A stretch of DNA of 64,000 bases, taken from NCBI GenBank assembly GCA_051294375.1, contig CM119265.1, positions 23,490,776 through 23,554,775 on the forward strand. The letters run 5' to 3'. Under the pieces are notes generated by a model. It was not told the origin of the DNA and made no database searches. It saw only the letters and a list, made by a program, of their open reading frames with translations. The position numbers and the translations under genes were made by a program. This DNA is from Paraspadella gotoi (taxonomy: Eukaryota > Animalia > Chaetognatha). This document shows positions 1 through 36,100 of the stretch, piece after piece. How positions within the stretch are numbered: the first letter of the stretch is position 1; each line of letters begins with the position of its first letter.

Positions 1-14
1 GTTTTCTGCAAGGA

Positions 15-927
15 TCACCCCCTCATCTGATTCCGTCGATATTCCTTGACGTATTCCGACGACGTTGACGATTTTTCTTCGAGACTCTCGAAGTCGTGCA
101 TTTCTTTTTCGGCATCTGTCGTAATCTTTATTTCGGCCTCAACGTCATTCGTGTTGTCTGCCTCTTCGTCGGCGCCGACCCCCAATTTTCCCGTCGAGGA
201 ATGAAGGTTTTCAGAGAGATCCACAGAAGCCAAACTTCTGTGGGAATTTCTATAGGCTGCTTTTATTTCATCTTCCGCGAGTGGACAAAAACCTTCGCGC
301 CAGACCTCGCTCTCATTCATGCATTCCTTCTTTTCAGGATGGAAGAGAGTTCCTTCTATACAGGCGTAGGTTTTCGTTTCCAGTAGAATCTCATGGTCAC
401 TGATGAACACAATTTACCATAAATAATAAATTTGACAATAATTTTCTCCGAACCCCAAAAGACGCCTTTCACCTAGATTTTTCGCACTGATGAAAATATC
501 GACAATCGAAAGCTACTTGCGATCCCCAATCGACTTCAAAGGGGAATTTGTCTCCGACCGCTGCTTCCAGTCCTTCACAAGGAACTTGGTTCAACCTGAC
601 AACCATTGGAGCATGCAATGAGATTGGATAGGATCGGAAATTGAAATTCGATTTCTGCAGGCTTGTCAATTTTGTCACAAAATTAAAGATTAATAATAAT
701 ATTTTCTGCTGCTATGAAGCCTGCAAGAATCGATTCGTTTACTATTGTATGCAGCTTTTTGAACATGATGCTAATAAGTTAGTGATGCAAATACTTGCTT
801 ACAAAAATTACCGTTTGCTTCTGCTAAGGTATTGTTCCTTCGTCGTGGCGGGTGCACAGTGACTTTGGTGCTGAATTAGCGACGCCACAGTAATTAAGGA
901 AAAAGCTCGGACGATAGAAGTCCCCAT
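15..927 (-). CDS. Secreted chitin-binding type-2 (peritrophin-A/CBM14-like) domain protein; 3 exons visible (about 927-812, 596-473, 401-15); may continue off the left edge
   Basis: GT-AG joins give MGTSIVRAFSLITVASLIQHQSHCAP (signal-peptide-like), then RSKR, then ...PCEGLE...FDCRYFHQCEKSSDHEILLETKTYACIEGTLFHPEKKEC...FC. The Cys spacing and the CxxGxxF...C motif match CBM14. An acidic tail follows. Confidence 0.65.
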
Positions 928-1586
928 TGCACCTCTTTTTCGCTGGACGATATCCAGTCCGAATATTATCGTCGAGTTATTTCTCCGGAAAATCGACGTC
1001 GAAGTTTTGAAAGTAGAAAGAGAGAAGATGTGATCGACGGGTGTTTCGCCTCGATTACCTCACCGCAGAAACCAACGTTGACACCTTTGTCCTCGTTGGC
1101 TCCGTCGTCGTCGTCGTCGTCGTCGTCGCTGCCGTCGTCATATAGATTACTTTTTGTCGCTTGTTGCTTTCCTCTTGTTTCGTAACTAGACAGTCTTTTG
1201 TTTTCGCACGGGAAACAAAATATCAAAAATTCGACCTTCCGGAAAATAATCCCTATTTACCAAAATATTTCGTTACTCGTTTCACCTTAACCACCGTAAC
1301 TTATCGACACCTATCTCTTTTTGCATATTTCTTAAAAAATATTAGTTTCTTCTCTACGATTCGTTTGGTTCAACCGTTTCTGTCTGACTCATTCTTCAGA
1401 TATTGATACCTTGAACCAAAAAAGAAGGGGACAATTTTCTCACCATCCGACCGAGATGCCCCTCGAAAAAGAGGAGGGAATCTCGCGCCTTCCTCGACGC
1501 CGGGAACTTGGCGTCGCTTTCTTATTTTTTTTCCTCTTAACTTTTTCGCTTGAGTTTCGAGGTTAATTTCTTTTTTTCCGGTTCAG

Positions 1587-4071
1587 GCGCTCGGTGCGGA
1601 ACAACAGTCTGCGTCGCTGACCGACGGCGAAAGAGGCGCAGGTGAGTTTGAGACGAAGTAGATCAGTTTTTTTTGGGTTTTTTTTTACAAATTCCTTACC
1701 CCAAAACACAGAGGCGACGCATCCAGAAACGAACGAAGCCGACGATGACCAATGGGAGGACGATGAGGCGGAGGAAGAGTGGGCCCACTGCGACTGCTGG
1801 CACTGCGTCGATCGGCGCGGACGGGAGGCGGAAGAGCTGGAGCGCGCCTCTACCCGGCTCAATCACGGGACGGGCAGGACGCGGAGACTCGATCACAGTT
1901 CCATCGGTGAGGGGGAGAGAGGGTAGGAGGGGGGGAGTTGTTGATAAAAAAATTTAACTGATTTTAAACCTTTTTGGAAGTCTGTTTTTAAACTAGTCTA
2001 TTTATAAAAAGCCAGATAGTAAATTGTATATAGTTTTATTCTTAATTTCGTTTTATTTATTTAGACTCAGAATTTTTGGAGGTGCCACGGCCTCGCGATC
2101 GAGCCGGAAATCTTAGGATCACTCCAGACGGTCGCAGAGTCCGTCGACTCTACAATTCAAGATCCCGGTGAGCTATGTAGCTTTCTTTTTTTATTTCGTT
2201 TCTTTAATTTTTTTTTTCTTTCCTTCTTTCTCTCTTTCTTTTTCTTTCTTTCTCTTCTTCTTTTTCTTTTTTTCTCTCTTTTTCATTCTTTCTTTTTTTT
2301 TCTCTCTCTCTTTCTTACTTTTTCTTTATTTCTCTCTTTCTTTTTCTTTCTTTTTATCTCTTTATTTTTCTTTTTATATCTTTATTTTTCTTTTTTCTTT
2401 TTCTTTTTTTTTCTTTTTCTTTTTTTTTTCTTTTTTTCTCTTTTTTTTTCTCTTTCTTTATTTCCCTCTTTCTTTTTCTTTTTCTTTTTTTCTTTTTTTC
2501 TTTCTTTTTCTTATTTTCTTTTTTTCTTTCTCTCTTTCTTTCTTTTTCTTTCTCTCTTTCTTTATTTTTTCTTTCTTTCTCTCTTCAATATTTTTCCCTC
2601 TTTCTTTTTTCTGTCTTTTTTTCACCTCCTCCTTTCTTTTATTTTCTTTCCCAGCCACGGTCATGGCCTGGGCGATCCCGACTGGGAGATGAACGATTCC
2701 GAGGAAGATTCTGATCCGATGCCCGAGCTGGTTGAGCACGCCGAGGACGCCGGTGCGTCTCGCGGCGCCACTGGGGGACGCTTTGTCGACGAATCGGCGG
2801 ACAACCCCGCGCGTGGGTCACTGACGGCCTTGGCGGCGAGAAGGCGGACGAGGAGAACGGGATGTAAGGAAACGAGCATTTCGCCGCCAAACAATCGATT
2901 TAGAAAAGCGATCAATATTCAGTCTTAAACTTTTTCTCAATTTATTTCTTTTCCATTTTTTTTCTCTTAAGTGAACGCCCTCGACCCTGGCGAAGTCTCG
3001 GGCTACGTAAATCCATTCGATCTCCTAATGATGCGCCAAAGCGCTCGTCGGGATGTCCTCGAGGCTATGTTCCAAAGCGTAGTCCGCCAACTGGTCCTCA
3101 ACAACGAGGCGGATTTCATGCCGCTGGGCGGAGTCGAGCGGCCGCCCTCGCCGCTGAGGCCCGAGGACATCGACCGGCTGGAAACTGTCTCCGCCTCCGA
3201 CATCGCCGGTGAGCGAGCAGGTTGTTGTTGTTGTTGTAATTAAATACTGACGACGAAACCAAATCATACCAAATTTTTAAATCAAAATTTTCCATTATTT
3301 TCCCGCTCCTTTTCGATTGTCATGTTTTTTTGTCCCTCGTTCCATCCTTAAACAGAACCAAACGAGGCTTGTCCCATCTGCTTGGCGCTTTATTCGGACG
3401 AAGCCTCCCTGACTCTCCTCCCCTGTCGTCACTTTTTCCACTCGCCCTGCATCCGTGAGTGGCTGAAAAAGGCACGCACCTGCCCCGTGTGTCGCCACCT
3501 GCTGCAGTCGACGCGGTCGGATTCCTTCGTCCCAGCCCGCGAGCCAACGACGGCCGAGGATTACGGCGACGTGCTCTACGCCGCCGACGCCGTGTTTGAC
3601 GAGGACGATGAGGAAGAAGCGGCGCCGCCGCGACGCCGGCCATCGCCGACGAGAACGTCGTCGCCTCCCAACGATCGCCACTTTGCGCTGGAAGAATGGA
3701 GTCTGCCCGAATCGGCGGAGGCGTCTCCGCCGTCGCCGCAGCAGTCGCCCTACCCGCTGCCGCTCGTCGAGATACTCCCGCCGCCCGAAGAGTATTACTG
3801 GGTCCTCGACTCCCCGACGCAAGAGGACGTCGAGTTCGACGAGGGGAGACGCGGAGACGGAAATTACGCCGACGAAGACGCTGGTAGCGCCGTCGCAGCC
3901 TTGGAGGACGATGAGGACGATTCTCTCAGGGAGTCCAGAGACTTCGCGGCCTCGTGGCACGCGGTCCAGTCCACGGAAACAGATTTGCGGAGTCGTCTGG
4001 AAAATCTGGAATTGGGCGAAGAGAGCGATATCGTCGACGACGACGACGACGACAATGATGAACTCGACTAA
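1587..4071 (+). CDS. RING-H2 zinc finger protein (probable E3 ubiquitin ligase), multi-exon, 5' end uncertain
   Basis: The last exon (about 3356-4071) encodes CPICLALYSDEASLTLLPCRHFFHSPCIREWLKKARTCPVCR, a C3H2C3 RING-H2. Upstream GC-rich exons with GT-AG ends lie at about 1587-1641, 1712-1907, 2654-2862 and 2972-3208. Confidence 0.8.
2183..2650. repeat. Intronic T/C-rich low-complexity tract
   Basis: About 470 bp of almost only T and C; it produces the spurious Phe/Ser and Lys/Glu ORFs. Confidence 0.9.
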
Positions 4072-4810
4072 GTTTAAAAAAATATTTTGCTGGCAAAAAT
4101 TGAGAGAAGTTCGAAGGAACGTTTACTCATATTGCATGGTCGAGCTTTTTATTTTCTCAATGTTTAATCTGCTTTAAGCTACAATACCCAAACTTATGTT
4201 GCGCTTAAAAGTTCTGTAAAGCAGAAACTTCCGAGGAATTAATCACAAATCTTTTCGTGGATCGCGCGCGAAACTAACATATTTTAGCGACTACATGTAT
4301 ACGTTAACAAGTGTACTTTCTAATCCAAAAAGCAAACGCGTTTGCGTATTCGTTTGCGTCTATTTAATGTAAAGTTCAAAAAGATTTTTCACCAATATTT
4401 TAGTTTTTCTTGAATCTCAATTTTTTGAGTCGCACCGAACAGAATCCAATCCCAATCTCTTCACACGCATTTGAGCATTGAACATTAACTAGATGTGCTT
4501 TCTTACTTTGTAATTTTGCCTTTAGTTTCTCGCCTATTGTAAAAAGAGTCAGGATTGGATGAGTAACTATAATTATTATGTCATGATAATTTAAACACGA
4601 AAAGTAATGAAATTCTGTAGTCCCGGATTGGTTTTTTTTCGCACATGGACCAAGCGAAGAAAAGTAAATCGAGAGAAGCTAGTTATTGCGTTCGCGTCGG
4701 GGTTGTTCTGGGCGAAGTTGCGGCAAGGCATTGGGCCACGACAGTTGCCTCTCTCTCTCTCTCTCTCTCTCTCGCTCTCCCTCCTTCTGTCTCCCCCTCT
4801 CTCATTGTCC

Positions 4811-7045
4811 CTACTCTTCGCTCTCGGGCCGTTTTCGTCGTCGGCGCCATTCTTCTGGCTTTTTGCTCATGGCGGACGAAGACCCGACGAAGACCACTTC
4901 GTCGTCGCTGTCGTCGTCTTCTCTCCCCTCCTCTTCTGGCGTTTGTTTTCGTGGAGTCGAACGTCTGAAAAAAGAGAAGAGATAAGAGAAAAAAAGGGTG
5001 ACAATGTTGATGAGACAGTGATACTATTAATTGAACTATGGCGGAGAGAGAAATGGAAAATAAGTGAGAGAGGGACTAGGAGTTCTCTTACTTTGAGTCG
5101 GCTCCACTACCCTCTTCTTCCTCCCCCGTCTCCTTGCTCTTTTCCTCGTCGGGTGTGATTCTGTTCCGATTGCCCAAGAATTTTTTCTTCTTCTTCCTCT
5201 TCCCCTTCTCCTCGGCCCCCGTTTCGCCTTCGATCGGCGACAAGACGCGAGCCGAAGTCTCGCTCGGCGCCGGAGAAACCTGACCAATTAGAAAATGGTG
5301 ATGGTGTGTTTAACTTTTCCATGGATTCTTTTTGATTTAACATATTGATTCTCACCCTGAGCGGAGGCAAGGCTCCTTTTTTCGCGAGTAGGGTATTGTC
5401 TCTTCCCGGCGGCGACATCGTTTTAAGGCTGGCCTTTGAAGGGCTCGAAGGCTCGGAGGCATTCTCCGAACTCCTTTCTTTTCTCCTCCTCTCCAGCTTC
5501 CTCGGTTCCGCCGGTCGTTTATCCGGAGCTGCGTCGTCGTCCCCAAATCCCTTGGTCACCATCTCACCGCTCTCTCGTCGCGCCCTCTCTCGTCCGTGGA
5601 CGGTATCGTCATCGTCAGGTCGCCCCTCATTTTGTTCGTCCATTCTCCGGGGCAAAGTCGCGATAATGGGGTTTCTCGATCTCTGCCTCTCGCCTCTTCC
5701 TTTTTTCCTCGCTCCCTTCTTCCTCCTCCTCTCCTCCAATGAGTCTTCCTCGTCCCTCGAAGCCTCCCCGACGTCGTCCGCCCTCGTCGAGCCTTCCGGC
5801 GTCGGTCCGTCAACATTGATCGCCGGTGGCGCCGGTTCGTCTTCTCGAGAGTCCGGCGGTGAAACTGGTGACGGCGCGTCACGCTTTTCTCTCCGTTTCC
5901 TCCGTTGTTCCTCCTTCAGTCTCTTTTCTTTTTCCTCCAATTCTTTAAAGTTCAAAGGTTTAAAGGGATCTCCATTGACTCTTGCGTCGCCTTCTTCTTC
6001 CTCCACTTCCTTCACTCCTTCTTCAATTTCCCTCTTCTCCCTCTCTTCTCTCGCCTTCCTCACTCTCTCCTGCCTCTTTTTCCTCTCGTCGGCCTCCTCC
6101 TTCTTCTGCTTCTCCAAGTCCTCGACCACCTTCCCGTTGATCCTCGCCCACTGGGCGTTGATGAGATCGCAGAGCCACTTGAAGCCCGTCTCGAGCGCCT
6201 CGTCCATCTTAGGCGGTCTCCCCTTGACGGCGAGGGCGTTGAGGCAATTGCACATTTCCACTCGGGTCGGCGTCCGCGTCTCGTTGGCGAGGCGTTCCAG
6301 ATCGAGACCGTCGATGACGTCGTTTTCGTCCATGGCGCCGATTTGATCGTACTTGTTGGCCACAAGGAGTATGGGCTTTGTGGCCACTTTCTCGTTGGCC
6401 ACCATGTCAGATAAAACCGTCTTGCACTCTTCCACGCGGTCAGAGTCTGTGGTGTCCACAACGAAGACAAAGCCGTGGCAGTCGGCATAGTAATTTCTAA
6501 GGAGGAGATTAAAGGGTTTGTTTAAAAAATGGCTGCATAGATACTAACATCAGAAATGGCAAGTAGCGAAAGGAAAGTTGTTTCCAAATAGGTCTACATA
6601 GGTTATTTTCTCTTATCGTTTCTTTTCAGTTCAGCGCGAAAAAGAAAATTGTTATAAATCTTGATATAAATCTCAAAAGGATTGGGAAATCATTAAAGTC
6701 CCCATTTCGGCTTACTTCCAAACGTTTCTGAACTTTTTTCCTCCTCCGAGGTCGTACAACGTGATGTTGTAATCGTGAAACATGAAGTTGGAGTTTGAAA
6801 ATCCGATGGTCGGACATATTCCTTCCTGGGGTTCTCCCTAATATGATGGGATTCATTCATTGTAATTTATTAGAATTCAGATTGTGTGGGGTATCGTTTG
6901 AACTGTATTATTTTCTTTTTACCTGTAAACCTTTGGCCGTCGTGGTTTTTCCCGCATTGTCGAGACCAACAACGAGGAGTGTTATTTTGGGCGAGTTGTC
7001 AGTTTTGTCAGGCTGTTTAACACATTTTGAAAAGAGAGAAAACAT
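4811..7045 (-). CDS. ARL13B: ADP-ribosylation factor-like protein 13B (ciliary small GTPase)
   Basis: N-terminus MFSLFSKC...KITLLVVGLDNAGKTTTAKGLQ (P-loop), then PTIGF, YDLGGG, NYYADCHGFVFVVD and PILLVANKYD. A long charged coiled coil follows. Splicing 5355-5280 gives KKKKKFLGNRNRITP, resembling the RVxP ciliary targeting motif. The last exon (about 4965-4811) is inferred from GT-AG phase. Confidence 0.9.
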
Positions 7046-7236
7046 ATCAGGCGATAGTTCGAGCTTCATTGATTATTCTAAGTAATTGAGTTTGGTGTAG
7101 ATTTTGCACGATACTGGTAAAAACTTTGCTTCTGAAATACTGTTCCTGAGTAGAGTAGGTTCTTTGCTGAAGTTCGCTTTCCTCTGAATGCAGTTCCTTC
7201 GTCTTCTATTTTCCTGGTATCCACGCAAAATCGATG

Positions 7237-7248
7237 GTTGCTATGAAC
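7237..7248. promoter_or_regulatory. Putative RFX X-box-like site in the ARL13B/PBRM1 divergent intergenic region
   Basis: GTTGCTATGAAC matches the GTTGCYATG X-box half-site, about 190 bp upstream of the ATG of a ciliary gene. Confidence 0.45.
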
Positions 7249-7646
7249 GTCATTACACCTTCTGCTAGCGTTTCCGTTCGAAATTATTTACGAGATTCAT
7301 TTAAAAAGATATTAACAAAATGTAATATATATCTTTGGATCCCTCAAATTGAAGGAGCGAAAATCGTGTAATATTCTATATTATACTTTCAGTTTCTTGT
7401 CTTAACGTAATATTGATTTAATTCAACCAGTTCGCTAAAGGGCCTCGGGCTGAAACAAAAGACGCACCAGCTCGACCGTCTGCCCGACACTCGCTTTGTT
7501 CCCCTTTTTCGGAGAACTTTTGAATCTACAAACTTTAAATATTTTTTTCGTTTTCGCCTTTTATCTAAAAGTGAAGCAGTTTGTATTAAACTGGCGTCGT
7601 CTGCATCATCGAATAAAGCACTTACCCTCGTAACCAATCTGTAAAA

Positions 7647-25952
<18,306 letters not shown>

Positions 25953-26629
25953 AGAAAACGCGCGACTTTTTCATTTCATTTCTATCTGGAATGCACCTTT
26001 GTGCGTTTTCCGCCATTTTCAATTTCTGATTCAAGATAGCTGATTATCTATGTTTGATTTTTTTCGTCATATTTCGTTGAATGGAATTCGTTGAAAGTTA
26101 GATTTTTTTTCTGATCCGGAAGTTCTATTTCGCGGAAAATCACTGTTAGATAAGTTTCAAAAGCGCCGATATTTTATAAGGGAAATTATATCAAAATCTT
26201 AATCTCCCTCATGTCACTCTCCTACTATTTTCATTTTTTTGATTATTTTATTCGTTATCTCTACCAGCTTTTGGTCATTTATTCTTTGTAATTTAATAAA
26301 ATTAATCAATTCTCAAGTGTCTGTGATTTTTAGCCTTATCGTAGAGATAGGATTTATTAAGAAACAAGAATAAAATTTGGGAAAAAGAATCTTTTCGTCT
26401 TTCGTCTATACAGATGTAGATAGTTGCCGCTCGAGAACACCACAATGCTAAAGATTTTTTTTAAAAAGACTATTTTTAGGGTACAAAAACGTTAAATCGC
26501 TGAAGAAACCTGAAAGTTGATATTTATATAGTTTTATTATATTGTTATGATTCTTTCTTTTCGTTGCGTTTAAATTTAAGGAAAAACAATTTTTAGTGTG
26601 TAACAGCGAATTTTTTATTGACAGAAAGT

Positions 26630-26669
26630 CGGACATGTTTCGACTCTGTCTTGAGAGTCTTCATCAGCG
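26630..26669 (-). ncRNA. Minimal type I hammerhead ribozyme
   Basis: cg-CTGATGA-a-GACTC-tcaagaca-GAGTC-GAAA-CATG-TC-cg: intact core boxes, stem II, palindromic stem III region and a GUC cleavage triplet. Confidence 0.7.
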
Positions 26670-26998
26670 TTTAAATAATCAACAATTTTTCTCTTTAATG
26701 TTAGTTTTTGGAGAGAGAGAGAAAGAGGGAGATTCCAACAAAGAATTGAGAAAGGACAGTGGTCAGATGTGAGGACAGGTGAAGGTAAGGGCAAGGAAGA
26801 AGATAAATTGGTTGAAATTTGAAAGGTGAAAAAATTGAGGGAGAGAGAGAGAAAACAGAGGCTGAGAAAATTGTTACATTTGGCAATGTATAACAGAGTA
26901 AAAAATGAACAAACTTAATGTTAATATAGTAGTAACAAAGAAATTATGACTTAACTATTAAGAATGAAATGAGAAAGAAAAATTGATGATTATTTAAA

Positions 26999-27037
26999 TG
27001 CTGCTGAAGACTCTCACGACAGAGTCGAAACATGTTG
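26999..27037 (+). ncRNA. Degenerate hammerhead ribozyme copy
   Basis: CTGCTGA-a-GACTC-tcacgaca-GAGTC-GAAA-CATG-TT; the core A is changed to C and the downstream flank is deleted. Confidence 0.55.
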
Positions 27038-27532
27038 TTCGTTGTTACACACTAAAAACTGTTTTTCCCTAAGTTTTATAATAATACAAATCGATTCGAA
27101 ATTATCCGGGACGAGACACGAAAGAGCTGCTATTCAAGAAAGAACGGGCTATTCTTTTGATCATAAAAGATCTTATCTATTTCCTCGCCGAGATTACCTG
27201 TACGACAGAATAATTACCACGCCTTTTATTTTCTAAAGGGAAAATGGCTAGTTTTCTTTTAATCACTTTAATTAATAATTAATTATGGTTTTGTCAATTG
27301 TAATCAAGTTTGTTTGAAGTGTCAAAAGAACGAATAAAGTTTGTCCGAATCAGCAGCTCGATTTTAAGGCTATTTATTTAACCGGGTACCATTTGGCTGG
27401 GTGTGTAATCGATAATATTTGTACTACGATTAAACTTAATTTGCTACTCTTTCCTTCCTGCGATCAGAGAACGTTATTTTAACTTCTTTTTCATATTCAA
27501 ATTTTCTAAAAAAAAAAATATTTTTTTGTAAT

Positions 27533-32687
<5,155 letters not shown>

Positions 32688-33159
32688 TGCTGAGTTTATG
32701 GCAGCGGTTGATCTAATGATGAAATACAAAATTTAAGAACATATAACGAACACTGATTCAGAGAAGTTCTCGAAGCTTTCGCTCGGGCCCCTTTCAAACT
32801 TTTTCCTCAAATTCAATTGATTCTACATTTGTTATGGTGTTAAGTTTAATTACGAAAATATACAGACACTGCACATGGTATGAGACCTAATAATAATTAA
32901 CCTAATATGAATTGCGTCAGTGATCGCGCACACAGAGAGGGAGAGAGAGAGAGATAGAGACATGAGAAAAACAAATGATCAATATGTAATCAACGTAATG
33001 AAAAACAAATATCATTACAGCAATATTATAGGCCGACCGATATGAGAATGACAGTGGCAGTGAAGTTCATTATGCTTATCATAGGAATATATAATCATTT
33101 ACAATATGATTAAAAGGAATATGTTTGTATTCTGGCCGTACACTTTCGTAACTTCCTAA

Positions 33160-36100
33160 TTAAGGTCCTTTTTGATTCGTCGTCACGACGTTATTCCCCA
33201 TGCAATTATTGCAAATTCCAGGTGCTCCCGGAGCCCCGGATGGCCCGCGCTGGCCCGCCGGGCCCGGCTTTCCTTGCATCCCCCTCTTTCCTTGAAACCC
33301 TGGCCAACCCACACCGGGCGGCCCTGCCGGCCCGGGAGGACCCGCTAGAATCCCAGGAGGCCCCATGGGACCCTCTCCCGCGTTTCCTCTCTCCCCGGGT
33401 GGTCCCGTTTCGCCCTTCTGACCCTGCGGCCCCCGTGGCCCTACATTTCCGGGCATGCCCATGAACCCGCGGTTTCCCTTGTCGCCCGGCTGCCCGGGAA
33501 TTCCCGTTAACCCCGGTGGGCCTTTTTTGCCGGGCCTTCCGGGCTTTCCTACTCCGGGTGATCCGGGTTGGCCTTTCAAATCTTTGATCATCTCGGCGAT
33601 TTGATCCGAAAAAGCTCGTCGACACAAATCCCTCACTTCCTTCTCTAAGGGTGGCGCCCCTGGCGGACCCTTCATGCCAGGCAGCCCCGAAGGCCCAGTG
33701 CGTCCCAATGGGCCGCGCGGGCCAGTCGGCCCAGCTTGGCCAGGAGCACCCGTCCGTCCTGGGCGGCCAGATTGTCCGGCTTCTCCTGGCAAACCTCTTG
33801 CTCCTACGGCGCCCATCGGCCCGGGAGGACCCGGAGGTCCTCTGGCGCCATCAACGCCATTGATTCCCGCCATGAAATTGGCAAAATCAATGGAACAGTT
33901 TCCAGGACTGCCCGAATTCGTGCCTGGATTTCCTGGTTGGCCCGGCGGGCCAGGATTTCCAGGTAAGCCTGGATCACCGAGGTCCCCGTCGCGACCCAAG
34001 CCACCGGGAACTCCAGGTATTCCTCGAGGACCTCTTAAACCTGGGGAGCCCGGGAGTCCCTGAAGTCCTACAGTGCCAGAAGGGCCAATTTTGCCCTTAA
34101 TTCCCGGTAGTCCTGCGGGTCCTCTTGGTCCTTCTCTCCCCTGGTCTCCAACATCGCCCTTTGTCCCAGTTTTCCCTATCTCTCCCTTTTGACCATCGCG
34201 CCCTGGCAATCCCGGCTGGCCAGGTTCACCGGGAAACCCCGGCCGACCAGATGACCCTACATCTCCCGGCAGACCTACTGTCCCTTTTGGCCCCGGTGCT
34301 CCCGACAAGCCCGCCACTCCCTTTTCCCCTGTCTCTCCTGGCAGCCCCGGTCTCCCCGGATCACCTGTAGTTGCCCCTTCACCCGGTTCTCCGGGGAGCC
34401 CGGGATTCCCTGCTGGCCCGGTCTCTCCTTTATCACCCTTTGTACCTGACTGGCCTCTGTCACCCTTTGAGCCTTCGGGGCCGCGAGCTCCCTTGGTCCC
34501 GTTTCACCTCGTAGTCCCTGCTCTCCTTTTTCCCCGGTTGCCCCATTTGCTCCAGTCTCACCTTGTTGTCCTGATGGACCAATCCGCCCTGTTTTCTCGT
34601 CGAAGCCCTGCTCTCCTCGCTCACCCGGCTCCCCTTTTTGACCCGTCTCCCCTGCCAGTCCCTTGGCCCCGGGCGGCCCGTCTCGTCCAGGCAGCCCCTC
34701 TGGCCCTGGATCTCCTTTTGGCCCCGGAATTTCATTGGTCAATATCTCTCCCTTTTGCCCCTTGATGCCAGGGTCACCGCTTTCCCCTCTTAAACCGGAA
34801 GTCCCAGGCCTGCCAGTAGAACCTTTCTCCCTCTTTCTCCAGGTGGTCCCGGATCTCCAGTTTCTCCCTTCGCTCCCGTCCCTCCCGCTTCTCCACTCAA
34901 CCCCCCTTTCCCCACCTGGCCCCCTCTTCCCCGGGTCTGCCCCTTTTCCCCCTTTTGCCCCTTCTCGGCCAGGGGTCCCGGAATTCCGGGCACACCTTCC
35001 TCTCCTTCTTCCCCCTTCTTCGCCTGACAACCCTCTCTCTCCCTTTTGTCCTCTTTCCCCTGCCTCTCCCTTCTGCCGTCTTCGCCGGTCACCCTTCCTC
35101 CCGCTCTCGCCCTCGGTTCCCCCGCCGGTCCTTCCAACCCCTCTTCCCCCTAACCCCTTCTTCTCCTCTCTCCCCCTTCTCCCCCCGTTCTCCTCTATTC
35201 CCCTTTATCCCTCTTTCCCCGGCGGCCCAACGGCCCTTCCGGCCTGCCTCGCCAATTGGACCAGTCTCGCCCCTTGGCCCAACTGTGCCGTTTTCGCCCT
35301 TGGGCCCGACGGGGCATTCGAAGCAGGTCTCTTCCTCTGGCTCGACGGGCACGAAGTTGAACTCGGCGCAGCGGTCGCGTTGTCCGCGGGTCGGGTCGCA
35401 GTCGATGTCGAGACGCTGGTGTGAAAATTAAGGCAAGTTTTATATTATGCTTTGGTATCTCTCTTTCTNNNNNNNNNNNNNNNNNNNNNNNNNNNNNNNN
35501 NNNNNNNNNNNNNNNNNNNNNNNNNNNNNNNNNNNNNNNNNNNNNNNNNNNNNNNNNNNNNNNNNNNNNNNNNNNNNNNNNNNNNNNNNNNNNNNNNNNN
35601 NNNNNNNNNNNNNNNNNNNNNNNNNNNNNNNNNNNNNNNNNNNNNNNNNNNNNNNNNNNNNNNNNNNNNNNNNNNNNNNNNNNNNNNNNNNNNNNNNNNN
35701 NNNNNNNNNNNNNNNNNNNNNNNNNNNNNNNNNNNNNNNNNNNNNNNNNNNNNNNNNNNNNNNNNNNNNNNNNNNNNNNNNNNNNNNNNNNNNNNNNNNN
35801 NNGAGAGAGAAAAAGAAGAAAGGCGCGTTCGTGAATAAATAATATAAAGTTTATATTAAGTGTAGGTATAATTATATATTTAAAAAATGTGATAATATTC
35901 AGAAAATTGTCCTAAAAATTAAAAAGGCCAGATTTTTCCTCTTTTTTTGTGTGTTTTTAATCGCTCATTCGAATCACATAAGGCCAAATTTTTTTAGATA
36001 AATCATGTTTTCCCCGCGATTTCGATATTAAAAGTGTCAAAAGTTGGTCAAAAGTTTTGGCAACTTTTTCATTTTTCCAAAAGGTATTTCTCTCAATGCC

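Larger units (their letters stand above)
26572..27077. mobile_element. Inverted pair of Penelope-like-element pLTR-type repeats, each with a minimal hammerhead core
   Basis: Arms at about 26572-26692 and 26976-27077 are diverged reverse complements; the right arm has a deletion of about 20 bp. Confidence 0.6.

Noticed and set aside
2168-2739. Phe/Ser-rich and Lys/Glu-rich ORFs
   Set aside because: Translations of an intronic T/C low-complexity tract.
5345-6414. 333-aa and 169-aa plus-strand ORFs
   Set aside because: Antisense shadows of the GC-rich ARL13B exon.
33674-35431. Plus-strand Gly/Pro-rich ORFs
   Set aside because: Antisense reading of collagen Gly-X-Y codons.
35421-35842. ORFs full of X here and at 59366-60463
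   Set aside because: They span assembly gaps.
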